In this document: positions 1-7,822 of the stretch, piece by piece | Position numbering within the stretch: position 1 is the first letter of the stretch | Layout of the letters: every line of letters starts with the position of its first letter | From: Myxococcota bacterium | Lineage (GTDB): Bacteria; Myxococcota; JACRCW01 | Direction of reading: 5' to 3' | Assembly (NCBI GenBank): GCA_040752415.1 | Contig: JBFMGU010000106.1 | Coordinates: 1 to 35,036, forward strand | DNA: 35,036 bases | Notes under the pieces: generated by a model | Seen by the model: only the letters and a program-made list of their open reading frames with translations | Told to the model about the DNA's origin: nothing | The model's database searches: none | Position numbers and translations under genes: made by a program

Positions 1-88
1 CCCTCCCGCTCCCGGAAGTCAGCGCGGGGGAGTGGCGTCCACCCCTCGGCCCCCCGGGAGGGGGAGCGGGAGGGGGAGCGGGAGCGGG
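1..88. repeat. G-rich (GGGAGC/GGGAGG)n hexamer-type repeat with a complementary CCCTCCCGCTCCC arm; probably truncated by the window edge
   Basis: 56-88 reads GGGAGGGGGAGC GGGAGGGGGAGC GGGAGC GGG; bases 1-13 are the exact reverse complement of 62-74. Confidence 0.6.
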
Positions 89-113
89 AAAAGCAGGGGC
101 AAAGGCAGGCTCG

Positions 114-160
114 CACAAACAGCAACGCCCCGGAACCCAAGTGAAGGGCGCCGAGGCGTC
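114..160 (-). terminator. Probable intrinsic terminator of cdnL
   Basis: Minus strand reads ACGCCTCGGCGCCC-TTCACTT-GGGTTCCGGGGCGT (stem with G-U pairs and one mismatch) followed by TGCTGTTTGT, about 25 nt past the stop. Confidence 0.6.
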
Positions 161-183
161 AAAGCTGCGAAAGACAACGGCTT

Positions 184-744
184 TCAGCAGTTGAAGATCT
201 GCTTGAACTCCGCTTCCACCTCCGCCTCCTTCATGCTCTTGGCAATCGCAATCTCGCGCACGAGCAGGGAGCGGGCGGTGTCCAGCATCTTGCGCTCACC
301 GAACGAGAGGTCCTTGTCGTTCTTGAGCAGGTAGAGGTCCCGGAGGACCTTGGCCACCTCAAAGACGCTGCCGGTCTTGATCTTCTCCATGTACTCCCGG
401 TAGCGACGGTTCCAGGTGGTGGAATCCACGGTCTTCTCCTTGCGGTTGCGCAGGATGGCAAAGACCTGGTCCACTTCCTTTTCTCCAATGATTTCACGGA
501 GCTTCACGCTGGAGACATTGGAGGTGGGGACGTAGACCTTCATCCCGTTCTCCAGAATCTGCAGCTCGTACACCATCTGCTTCTGGCCAGCGAAATCCAT
601 CTCCTTGATGGCGGTGACTTCCGCCACCCCATGGCTCGGGTACACGGCCTTGTCCCCGATCTTGAAACTGTCCATGGGACGGAATGGTGCGGCTTCCTTG
701 GCAGCGGCTGCTGCCGGACCGCGATGGTTGCGTGCTGTGCTCAT
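184..744 (-). CDS. cdnL: CarD/CdnL family RNA polymerase-binding transcription factor (CdnL type, no HMGA tail)
   Basis: F-x-x-GDKAVYP-x-HGV N-terminus and WNRRYREYMEKIKTGSVFEVAKVLRDL...DKDLSFGERKMLDTARSLL match myxobacterial CdnL as I recall it; AAGGAG SD before ATG 744; alternative start 675. Confidence 0.93.
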   Translation of the reverse strand: MSTARNHRGPAAAAAKEAAPFRPMDSFKIGDKAVYPSHGVAEVTAIKEMDFAGQKQMVYELQILENGMKVYVPTSNVSSVKLREIIGEKEVDQVFAILRNRKEKTVDSTTWNRRYREYMEKIKTGSVFEVAKVLRDLYLLKNDKDLSFGERKMLDTARSLLVREIAIAKSMKEAEVEAEFKQIFNC

Positions 745-870
745 TCAAGCTCCTTGGCACCGACATGTAGGTGAGTGGCGACAAACGTTGAACAATTCAC
801 GCCAAACCACCGACAAGTCAGAGGTTTTTGCCCTGCGGGAACGGCCAGAAGGCCATCAAAAACGCGCCTG

Positions 871-899
871 CATCTAGCCGAAAGGACGGTTTCCGTCAA
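871..899 (-). promoter_or_regulatory. Candidate sigma70-type promoter for cdnL
   Basis: Minus strand TTGACG-N17-TAGATG (imperfect -10); the -35 overlaps the inverted repeat GACGG-TTT-CCGTC at 885-897. Confidence 0.35.
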
Positions 900-1036
900 C
901 CCGATAATCCCCCTGCTTGACAACCCCACCTCCGACGAGGCAGCCGCCTCCACCCGTTGGTGCTGGTGGTGGCGTGTGCGTGGGTGTGTGTGATCGCCTC
1001 CCGTCGTCGAGTGTGATTGTGAGACGTTGCAGGGGC

Positions 1037-1684
<648 letters not shown>

Positions 1685-1726
1685 GCTTCAGCTCCTTGCC
1701 GCCCGCGGAGAGCCCAAAGCCTGGGT

Positions 1727-1753
1727 GTCCGGGGAAAACCCAACATGTTCAAG
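1727..1753 (-). promoter_or_regulatory. Candidate RpoH/sigma32-like promoter for the trx-rhodanese gene
   Basis: Minus strand CTTGAA-N13-CCCCGGAC compared with consensus CTTGAA-N13/14-CCCCATNT. Confidence 0.35.
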
Positions 1754-1773
1754 GCCTTATGGTCCCGCCCGCG

Positions 1774-1802
1774 TTGACACCCCCTGGGGCAATCCCTACA
1801 AT
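1774..1802 (+). promoter_or_regulatory. Near-consensus sigma70 promoter of hrcA
   Basis: TTGACA (1774-1779)-N17-TACAAT (1797-1802), 53 nt upstream of ATG 1856. Confidence 0.8.
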
Positions 1803-1855
1803 TCCTGGCCCTTGGTGCGGCTCTTGTCCGCGCTCTGGAGGGTTCGGGGAAGGCC

Positions 1856-2917
1856 ATGTCCGAGACCGCCCAGCGCCCCAGCTTGTCCGAACGTGAGCGC
1901 TTCATCCTGGAAGCCATCGTCGAGGACTACATCTCCTCTGGTGAGCCGGTGGGCTCCCGCACCATTACCCGCCGGGCTGAGGTGACATTCTCGGCGGCCA
2001 CCATTCGCAACGTCATGAGCGACCTGGAAGCCTTGGGGTTCCTGACCCAGCCGCACACCAGCGCCGGCCGCATTCCCACCGAGGTGGGGTTCCGCTTCTA
2101 TGTGGACACGCTCCTCAAGGTGCGCAAGCCCTCCAGTGAAGACGTGGAACGCCTCAGCGACTCCGTGAAGAACGCCACCGGCGTGCAGGAAGCCCTCGAG
2201 GAGTCCACCCGCCAGCTCAGCAGCCTGGCGCAGCAGACGTGCGTGATGCTGATGCCGCGCCGTGGCGCTGCGCGCTTCCATCACCTGGATTTCCTGCGCC
2301 TCCCCGACGGGAAGGTGCTGGTCATCGTGGTGGACCAGGCGGGGCAGGTGCAGAACAAGATCCTGGAACCGGAGCAGGGCGCGGCAGTGGAGCAGGGCGC
2401 GCTCAATGAAATGGCGGCGTTCCTCAATGCGCGCTGTCGCGGGTTGACGCTGGAGGAGGCACGCGGCCGGTTGCTCGAGGAGATGCGGGCCGCTCGTGCG
2501 GAGGTCAACCGCATGATGAGCCGCGCGCTGGCCATGGCCGACGAGGTCCTGCGCGACGCCGAGCGCAGCCCCAAGGACGTCATCCTCGCGGGCGAGACGC
2601 AAGTGCTGGAGAAGCCGGAGTTCGCCGACGTGGACCGCATCAAGGGCCTGCTGAAGGCCTTCGAGGAGAAGCACCTGTTGGTCCGCATGTTGGACCGCAT
2701 CGAGGTGGCTCCGCAGGTGCAGGTCTTCATTGGTCACGAGAACCGCTACGCGGAAGTGAGCGGGTGCTCCCTGGTGGCCGCCGGCTACGGCACCGACGAG
2801 AAACCGCTGGGCGCCATTGGCGTCATTGGCCCGGTGCGCATGGACTACTCGCGCGTGGTGCCGCTGGTGGAGGCCACCGCCCGGCTGATGTCGCGGTTCC
2901 TGCGCGGCGGTGGCTGA
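1856..2917 (+). CDS. hrcA: Heat-inducible transcription repressor HrcA
   Basis: LSERERFILEAIVEDYI..GEPVGS, SAATIRNVMSDLE..GFL.QPHTSAGRIPT..G.RFYVD and C-terminal G.IGVIGP.RMDY are diagnostic of HrcA. Confidence 0.97.
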   Translation: MSETAQRPSLSERERFILEAIVEDYISSGEPVGSRTITRRAEVTFSAATIRNVMSDLEALGFLTQPHTSAGRIPTEVGFRFYVDTLLKVRKPSSEDVERLSDSVKNATGVQEALEESTRQLSSLAQQTCVMLMPRRGAARFHHLDFLRLPDGKVLVIVVDQAGQVQNKILEPEQGAAVEQGALNEMAAFLNARCRGLTLEEARGRLLEEMRAARAEVNRMMSRALAMADEVLRDAERSPKDVILAGETQVLEKPEFADVDRIKGLLKAFEEKHLLVRMLDRIEVAPQVQVFIGHENRYAEVSGCSLVAAGYGTDEKPLGAIGVIGPVRMDYSRVVPLVEATARLMSRFLRGGG

Positions 2918-2927
2918 GGAAACGACA

Positions 2928-2962
2928 ATGGGCGGCGCGCCGGTTGTTGGCGGGCCGCCCAT
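2928..2962. terminator. GC-rich hairpin between convergent hrcA and histone-like genes (probable bidirectional terminator)
   Basis: ATGGGCGGC-GCGCC-GGTTGTT-GGCGG-GCCGCCCAT; minus strand followed by TGTCGTTT. Confidence 0.6.
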
Positions 2963-2984
2963 GGGGCTGGATGCAGCGCTGGAA

Positions 2985-3338
2985 TCAGGCGGTCTTGTCG
3001 GACCGACGGGCCGCGGCGAGCCACTCCGCCATCTCACGGCTGGCGGCAGCGTAGGCCTGGATGACCTTCTGGTACATCTCGTCAAGCTGCGGCACGGCGG
3101 CCGCCAGGCGACGACCCAGCTTGGGTGTCCGCCCCTGCCGCGACACCTTCTGACGGGCCTCCGCCAACGCCTCCGCGCGGGTCTTGTCCCGACCGCCGCG
3201 CTTCCCCCGACCCTTGGCCTTGGCGCCCTTGCTGCTGGCCTTCCGCGCTGGACCGCGCGCCGCCTTCCTGCCCGCGGGCTTGCGTGCCTTGCTGGAAGCC
3301 GCTGCCTTCTTGCCGCCTGCCTTCTTCTTCGTCGCCAT
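2985..3338 (-). CDS. Small basic Lys/Ala/Arg-rich (histone H1-like) protein with a C-terminal helical domain
   Basis: MATKKKAGGKKAAASSKARKPAGRKAAR...; AGGAG SD 7 nt before ATG; GC3-biased codons. Confidence 0.75.
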   Translation of the reverse strand: MATKKKAGGKKAAASSKARKPAGRKAARGPARKASSKGAKAKGRGKRGGRDKTRAEALAEARQKVSRQGRTPKLGRRLAAAVPQLDEMYQKVIQAYAAASREMAEWLAAARRSDKTA

Positions 3339-3406
3339 GCGCCGCTCCTGTCATCCCGCCCGAGGCGTCTGGAGTGCGGGCTTATGTCACGCGACGAGCA
3401 AACGGG

Positions 3407-4690
3407 TCAAGGCAGTGCGATCACACGCGGCGGCTTCTGCGCGGTGTAACGCACCGGGATGGCCGCCTCCATCGTGGCCTCGCCGTTGAGGCCGTGGATC
3501 ATCAGCGTCACGGTGGTGCCCTCGCCCGGTGCGGAGTCGATGAGGACGTCGCCGCCAACCTTGCGCGCGCGCTCCCGCATGTTCATCAGGCCGTAGTGGT
3601 GCGCCGGCGTGTTGTGCAGGTCAAACCCCTTGCCGTCGTCCTGGATGACCATGTTCAGGCCGTCCACCGTGAACTGCACGCTCACCGTGACGCGCCGGGC
3701 CTGCGCGTGCTTGGCAATGTTGGTGAGCGACTCCTGCAGGATGCGGAAGATGGTGAGCTGGGCCTCGCTGGACAGGCGCGGAGGGGCGCCGCGGAGCTGC
3801 AGCTCACAGGGGATCTTGTGTCGCGTCTTGAAGGTGCTGACCACGTTCTCCAGCGCGGGGACGAGCTGGAAGTCGTTCTTCATCATGGTGAGCGCCCGCC
3901 GCAGCTCGTCAATGGCCTCCTCCGCGGCGCCCTTGAGCTCCTTGATCTCCGCTTTGACCTTGGGGTCCTTGGTGAGCGTGCCCGCGTACTCCGCCTGGAT
4001 GATCACGCCGGAGAGCGCGGCGCCCAGGCCGTCGTGGATCTCCCGCGCCAGCCGGTTGCGTTCCTCGACGACCGCCAGCGCTTTCAACTCCTGCTCCAGC
4101 CGGGCGATCTCGGTGGTCTGCGCCTCCTCGCGACCCGTCAGATACACGATGACGTAGACGGCAATGGCGTCGAGGGCGGCGTACCAGAGGACGTAGAAGA
4201 GGTCGGCGGGGTTGTCGCTGCTGACGACGAGATCCACGCGCGCGGCCACCGGCAGGGCCAGCAGCGGCGGGATGAGCGCGGCGGTGGAAGGGAAGAGCAG
4301 GGCGAAGAAGATGGTGAAGATGAGCTGCGCGGCCATGACCGGGCTGCGCACGCCGCCGCTCTGGCCGATGAGGAAGACCAGCAGCATCAGGTCCACGCAC
4401 AACGTGGCGAACGTGAACTTCTGGCCCCACCGCACCTTGCGCAGCAGGAAGTAGTTGGCCACCGAGTACGCGAGCGCGAGGGCGAACCAGACCAGGGAGA
4501 CCAGGCCGGTGGCGCCGACGGCGGGTCGCCAATCCGGGAGCAAGAGCACGCCCACGCCGAGCACAAGGAACGCCACGCGCGCGAAGAACAGCGCCTGCGC
4601 ACGCACCATGAAGCGTTCATGGCGACGGGTGGCTTCCCGGGGATCCCGCCTCTTGGGCTGCGCTTGAGCTGACTTCTCCGCCTCTTTCAC
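3407..4690 (-). CDS. Membrane sensor histidine kinase, HisKA_3 (NarX/UhpB/DesK-like) plus HATPase_c
   Basis: About 5-6 hydrophobic segments; H-box EERNRLAREIHDGLG; N-box FRILQESLTNIAKHA; G boxes IQDDGKGF, GLMNMRERA, PGEGTTV; start placed at GTG 4690 behind GGAGG. Confidence 0.93.
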   Translation of the reverse strand: MKEAEKSAQAQPKRRDPREATRRHERFMVRAQALFFARVAFLVLGVGVLLLPDWRPAVGATGLVSLVWFALALAYSVANYFLLRKVRWGQKFTFATLCVDLMLLVFLIGQSGGVRSPVMAAQLIFTIFFALLFPSTAALIPPLLALPVAARVDLVVSSDNPADLFYVLWYAALDAIAVYVIVYLTGREEAQTTEIARLEQELKALAVVEERNRLAREIHDGLGAALSGVIIQAEYAGTLTKDPKVKAEIKELKGAAEEAIDELRRALTMMKNDFQLVPALENVVSTFKTRHKIPCELQLRGAPPRLSSEAQLTIFRILQESLTNIAKHAQARRVTVSVQFTVDGLNMVIQDDGKGFDLHNTPAHHYGLMNMRERARKVGGDVLIDSAPGEGTTVTLMIHGLNGEATMEAAIPVRYTAQKPPRVIALP

Positions 4691-4783
4691 GGCTGCCTCC
4701 GGCCAGTGGCACTTCCAGCGCCGCAGTCTGGCACCGTTGGCGCGCTGGCCCAACTGCACGGCGGGGTGTTAGCGGGTGCCCCC

Positions 4784-6220
4784 GTGCGTACGACGTCACT
4801 GCTCCTCTGCCTGGGGCTCCTGGGCTTGGCCTCGGCCTGCGCCTACAAGGTGGTCCACGGCGGACGGCTCTCCCCCTCCGCCATCGAGCGGCTCCTCTCC
4901 GACGTGGAGCGCATCCGCGGGTTGAAGGCCACGGCGCCGCTGCGGGTCTCGCTGGAGGGTCGCCAGCGCCTGCGCACGCGCAGCGAGGCGGATCTCCACC
5001 GGCCGTCGTTCCTGCAGAGCATGGAGGAGCTGAGCCAGGCGTGGATGAAGATCGGCCTGGTTCCCCCGAACACCGACCTGGCCGCGGCGTTCACGGCGGT
5101 GGGCTCGGAAGCTCCCGCCGGCTACTACGACACCTCCGACCGCATCCTCCGCATCATCGACCGCCAGAACCCGCGCAGCGAGATCCTGGAGCTGACCGGC
5201 TTCGTCCGTCGTCGGGACCTGATGGATGGCGAGGTGCTGGCGCACGAGGTGGCGCATGCGCTGCAGGACATGCACTTCGACCTCAACCGCTTCCTCTCCA
5301 CCGCGCCCAACGACGACGCCTCCGTGGCGCGAAGGTGCCTCGCCGAAGGGGATGCCAGCTTTGTGGGCTACGCGTACAGCAGCGTGTTCACGCCGAGCAT
5401 GGAGGCGTGGCTCAAGTTCCTGGAGAGCCGGGCCTCCGCCCTCGACGTGCGGGGTGCGCCGGACTTCCTGAACCGCCGGTTCCAGCTCCCGTACATCTCC
5501 GGGGCGCGCTTCGTGGCCAAGCTGCACCGCAAGGGCGGGTGGAAGCTGGTGAACGCCGCGTACGCGGACCCGCCGGCGTCCACCGAGGAGATCCTGCACC
5601 CGGAGAAGTACCTCGAGGGCCGCGACCGGCCCGTCGACGTGCGCCTGCCCGACCTGCGGAAGCTCCTTCCCGAGGGATCCCGCGAGATCTTCCAGGACAG
5701 CGTGGGAGAGCTGGGGTTCAAGACCGTGCTCGCTCGCGAACGCCCCGACGACAAGGCAAAGGAGGAACCCACCGTCAACGACGCGGCGCTGGGCTGGGAT
5801 GGCGACCGCGCGAGCGTGCTGGTGCGCAACGGGGAGCTGCTGCTGGCGTGGAAGCTGGCGTTTGACGACGAGAAGGACGCGCGCGAGGGGTTCGAGGCGT
5901 ATCGCATGATGGCGGAGCGGTACCCGGCGTACGCCGTCATCAAGCGCGAGGGCGAACGCATGGAGGCGCGGACCGGGCCCGTGGGGTTGTGGTTGGAGCG
6001 CCAGGGTCTCGTTGTGGTGGTGCTCGAGGGGTTTCCGCTGGACTCCCAGGCGCGCATCGCGGAAGCGGTCTTCCATGAGCCGGATGGCCACGCATTCGAT
6101 CCGCCCGGGACCGACGGTGGCGGGCTCGAGGACGGCGGTGTTGTCGACGGTGGGGAGGCGGACGCGTCGGTGGATGCCGGCGTGGCGACGGACGCAGGTG
6201 ACGGTGGGGTGACGCCGTGA
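4784..6220 (+). CDS. Lipoprotein with HEXXH zincin-like motif (putative metallopeptidase) and acidic DAG/DGG tail
   Basis: Signal peptide with lipobox LASA-C from GTG 4784; AGYYD, VLAHEVAHALQD and downstream LAEGDA; PPASTEEILHPEKY and GWDGD motifs. Confidence 0.8.
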   Translation: MRTTSLLLCLGLLGLASACAYKVVHGGRLSPSAIERLLSDVERIRGLKATAPLRVSLEGRQRLRTRSEADLHRPSFLQSMEELSQAWMKIGLVPPNTDLAAAFTAVGSEAPAGYYDTSDRILRIIDRQNPRSEILELTGFVRRRDLMDGEVLAHEVAHALQDMHFDLNRFLSTAPNDDASVARRCLAEGDASFVGYAYSSVFTPSMEAWLKFLESRASALDVRGAPDFLNRRFQLPYISGARFVAKLHRKGGWKLVNAAYADPPASTEEILHPEKYLEGRDRPVDVRLPDLRKLLPEGSREIFQDSVGELGFKTVLARERPDDKAKEEPTVNDAALGWDGDRASVLVRNGELLLAWKLAFDDEKDAREGFEAYRMMAERYPAYAVIKREGERMEARTGPVGLWLERQGLVVVVLEGFPLDSQARIAEAVFHEPDGHAFDPPGTDGGGLEDGGVVDGGEADASVDAGVATDAGDGGVTP

Positions 6221-7497
6221 AGCGGACCCTGTTCGCGTTCGCACTGGTGTTGTGGGCGGGAGGGGCCGTGGCCGCGCCGCGCGTGGTGATCGTCGACGAG
6301 GAGACCGAGCCGTCCGACCCGGGAACGGTCACCATTGCGAGCGACGCGTACCGGCTGCGCCTCAGCGGTCTCTTCGAGGCGACCCTGGGCCGGGACCGCA
6401 CCGGCAACTTCCTGGGATTGCCGCGTGCACGGTTGCGGGCGGAGGGACTCCTCTCGACGACACTCGAGGTGGGCTTCGTGGCGGAGGTGGATTTCTCGCC
6501 GTGGTCCACCGTGGCGCTGAAGGAGGACGGACCGGGTTTTGTCCGTGACCTCTACCTGCGCATGGCGCTGGGCAACAAGAAGGTCCTGGACCTGGGCGAA
6601 GCGCGCATGGGCCTGTTCACGCCGCCGGTGATGGCCGAGCAGTGGCGCATGCAGAGCGAGGAGATGTGGCTCACCGGAAGCCTGGGTCGCGAGGCATGGA
6701 TGCCGGGACGCGAGCTTGCGGCGGCGTATGAAGCCAGTGGCGACGCTTACCGCCTCCCGGTACGCGGAACGCTGACGCTGGGCTCGGGAATCACGCCGCG
6801 GCCCATGCCCTCCCTGCTGACCACGCCACCACCGGAGCAGACCAACGCAGGCACCGCGGCGACGAACGTGCCGCTCACCGCGGGTGAGAACAGCGCGCTG
6901 GTGCTCAATCCCTCCGTCTCGGGGCGCGTGGAGGCAGAACCGCTGCGGAGGTGGACGGGGCGTTCCCGCCTGGTGGTGGGCGGTGGGACGTTGTTGCGCC
7001 CGTTGTCGACGGGAGCGGATGCGCGTGTGGCGGCGACGGCGGACGTGGAGCTCGCGTTCCCGTGGGTCACCGTGCGCGGGAGCCTGCTGGGCGCGGACAC
7101 GCAGCGGCCGCCGTTCTTCGACTCGCGGTCGGTCATGGTCGAGGGGGCGCTGCAGGTCATCCCGGACTTTGCCGACGTGCGGGCGCGCTACCAGATGGCC
7201 ATGGGGCCCACGTCGGTGGAGGCGCAGCATCTCAGCCTGGGCATGGCGTTGTTCTACCTGGACGGCGCCCCACCTGCGCCGCTGGCGGACCCCACGACGT
7301 CGCGGCGGACGGTGCAGCTCGGGCGCGCGTTCACGTTGCTGTGGATTCGCACCTATGACCTGCAGCGCGTGCCGGCGGAATTCACGGCGCTGCGCAATGT
7401 GTCGTCGACGGGGCCGTTGGATCCGCGGCCGCTCGGCGCTGTGAACTGGTTGGTGAGCGGGGACACCGACCAGCTCGTCGCGCGGATCTCATTCTGA
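6217..7497 (+). CDS. Secreted putative outer-membrane beta-barrel (porin-like) protein
   Basis: GTGA start/stop overlap with upstream gene; Sec signal MKRTLFAFALVLWAGGAVA; amphipathic strands; ends LVARISF (terminal Phe, BAM-type signal). Confidence 0.65.
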   Translation: MKRTLFAFALVLWAGGAVAAPRVVIVDEETEPSDPGTVTIASDAYRLRLSGLFEATLGRDRTGNFLGLPRARLRAEGLLSTTLEVGFVAEVDFSPWSTVALKEDGPGFVRDLYLRMALGNKKVLDLGEARMGLFTPPVMAEQWRMQSEEMWLTGSLGREAWMPGRELAAAYEASGDAYRLPVRGTLTLGSGITPRPMPSLLTTPPPEQTNAGTAATNVPLTAGENSALVLNPSVSGRVEAEPLRRWTGRSRLVVGGGTLLRPLSTGADARVAATADVELAFPWVTVRGSLLGADTQRPPFFDSRSVMVEGALQVIPDFADVRARYQMAMGPTSVEAQHLSLGMALFYLDGAPPAPLADPTTSRRTVQLGRAFTLLWIRTYDLQRVPAEFTALRNVSSTGPLDPRPLGAVNWLVSGDTDQLVARISF

Positions 7498-7744
7498 CTG
7501 CGGTCACGAATCGGATTGAGCGGGACTCGCGTCGCCCTGGAGTGCGGTGCGGACGCGTTCAGCCGCGTGGACGGTGCAGCACCGCTCTGGATCCGTCGAC
7601 GCCGGCGAGAGGTTGTTCCAGACACGCAGCCGTTGACGGAGGTGAACTGATCCAGAGGGGTGCTGCACCGTCCACGCGGCTGAACGTGTCCGCACCGCAC
7701 TCCAGGGCGACGCGCGTCGCGTTCAATCCGACTCGTGACCGCAG
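7498..7744. mobile_element. 247-bp palindromic MITE-like element with 96-bp terminal inverted repeats and a 3-bp TGA flanking direct repeat
   Basis: 7498-7593 versus reverse complement of 7649-7744: 6 mismatches in 96 bp; 55-bp spacer; TGA at 7495-7497 and 7745-7747; no credible coding capacity. The palindrome is certain, mobility is inferred. Confidence 0.7.
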
Positions 7745-7745
7745 T

Positions 7746-7814
7746 GAGGTGTCGTGCGGCCGCGACCTCCCCACAGCCAGGAATGGCCGCGCCACGGGGC
7801 CTGGCCGGTGTGGG
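7746..7814. terminator. Two GC-rich hairpins between convergent genes (possible terminators or RNA-stabilising stems)
   Basis: GAG-GT-GTCGTG-CGGC-CGCGAC-CTC (7746-7769); CCCACA-GCCAGG...CCTGGC-CGG-TGTGGG (7770-7814); no clear U-tract. Confidence 0.4.
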
Positions 7815-7822
7815 CTTGACGG

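Noticed and set aside
815..900. Possible c-di-GMP-I riboswitch in the cdnL leader (CAGGGCAAA; GCCGAAAGG)
   Set aside because: The two fragments are on opposite strands and the P2/P3 architecture cannot be built
940..1020. GT-rich tract and the 60-aa ORF 874-1056(-)
   Set aside because: Low-complexity sequence without regular period; ORF overlaps the trx-rhodanese stop and lacks start signals
1796..7230. Long overlapping ORFs 1796-3085(-), 3125-4672(+), 4796-6244(-), 5368-7230(-)
   Set aside because: All lie opposite recognisable genes and have no motifs or SD support
7523..7720. CIRCE-like half-sites GAGTGC/GCACTC inside the long palindrome
   Set aside because: They are mirror positions of the inverted repeat about 150 bp apart, not the 9-bp-spaced CIRCE, and are not upstream of a gene
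7498..7744. Palindrome as CRISPR array, tRNA or retron msr-msd
   Set aside because: No direct repeat-spacer periodicity, no cloverleaf, and no cas or reverse transcriptase gene in the window
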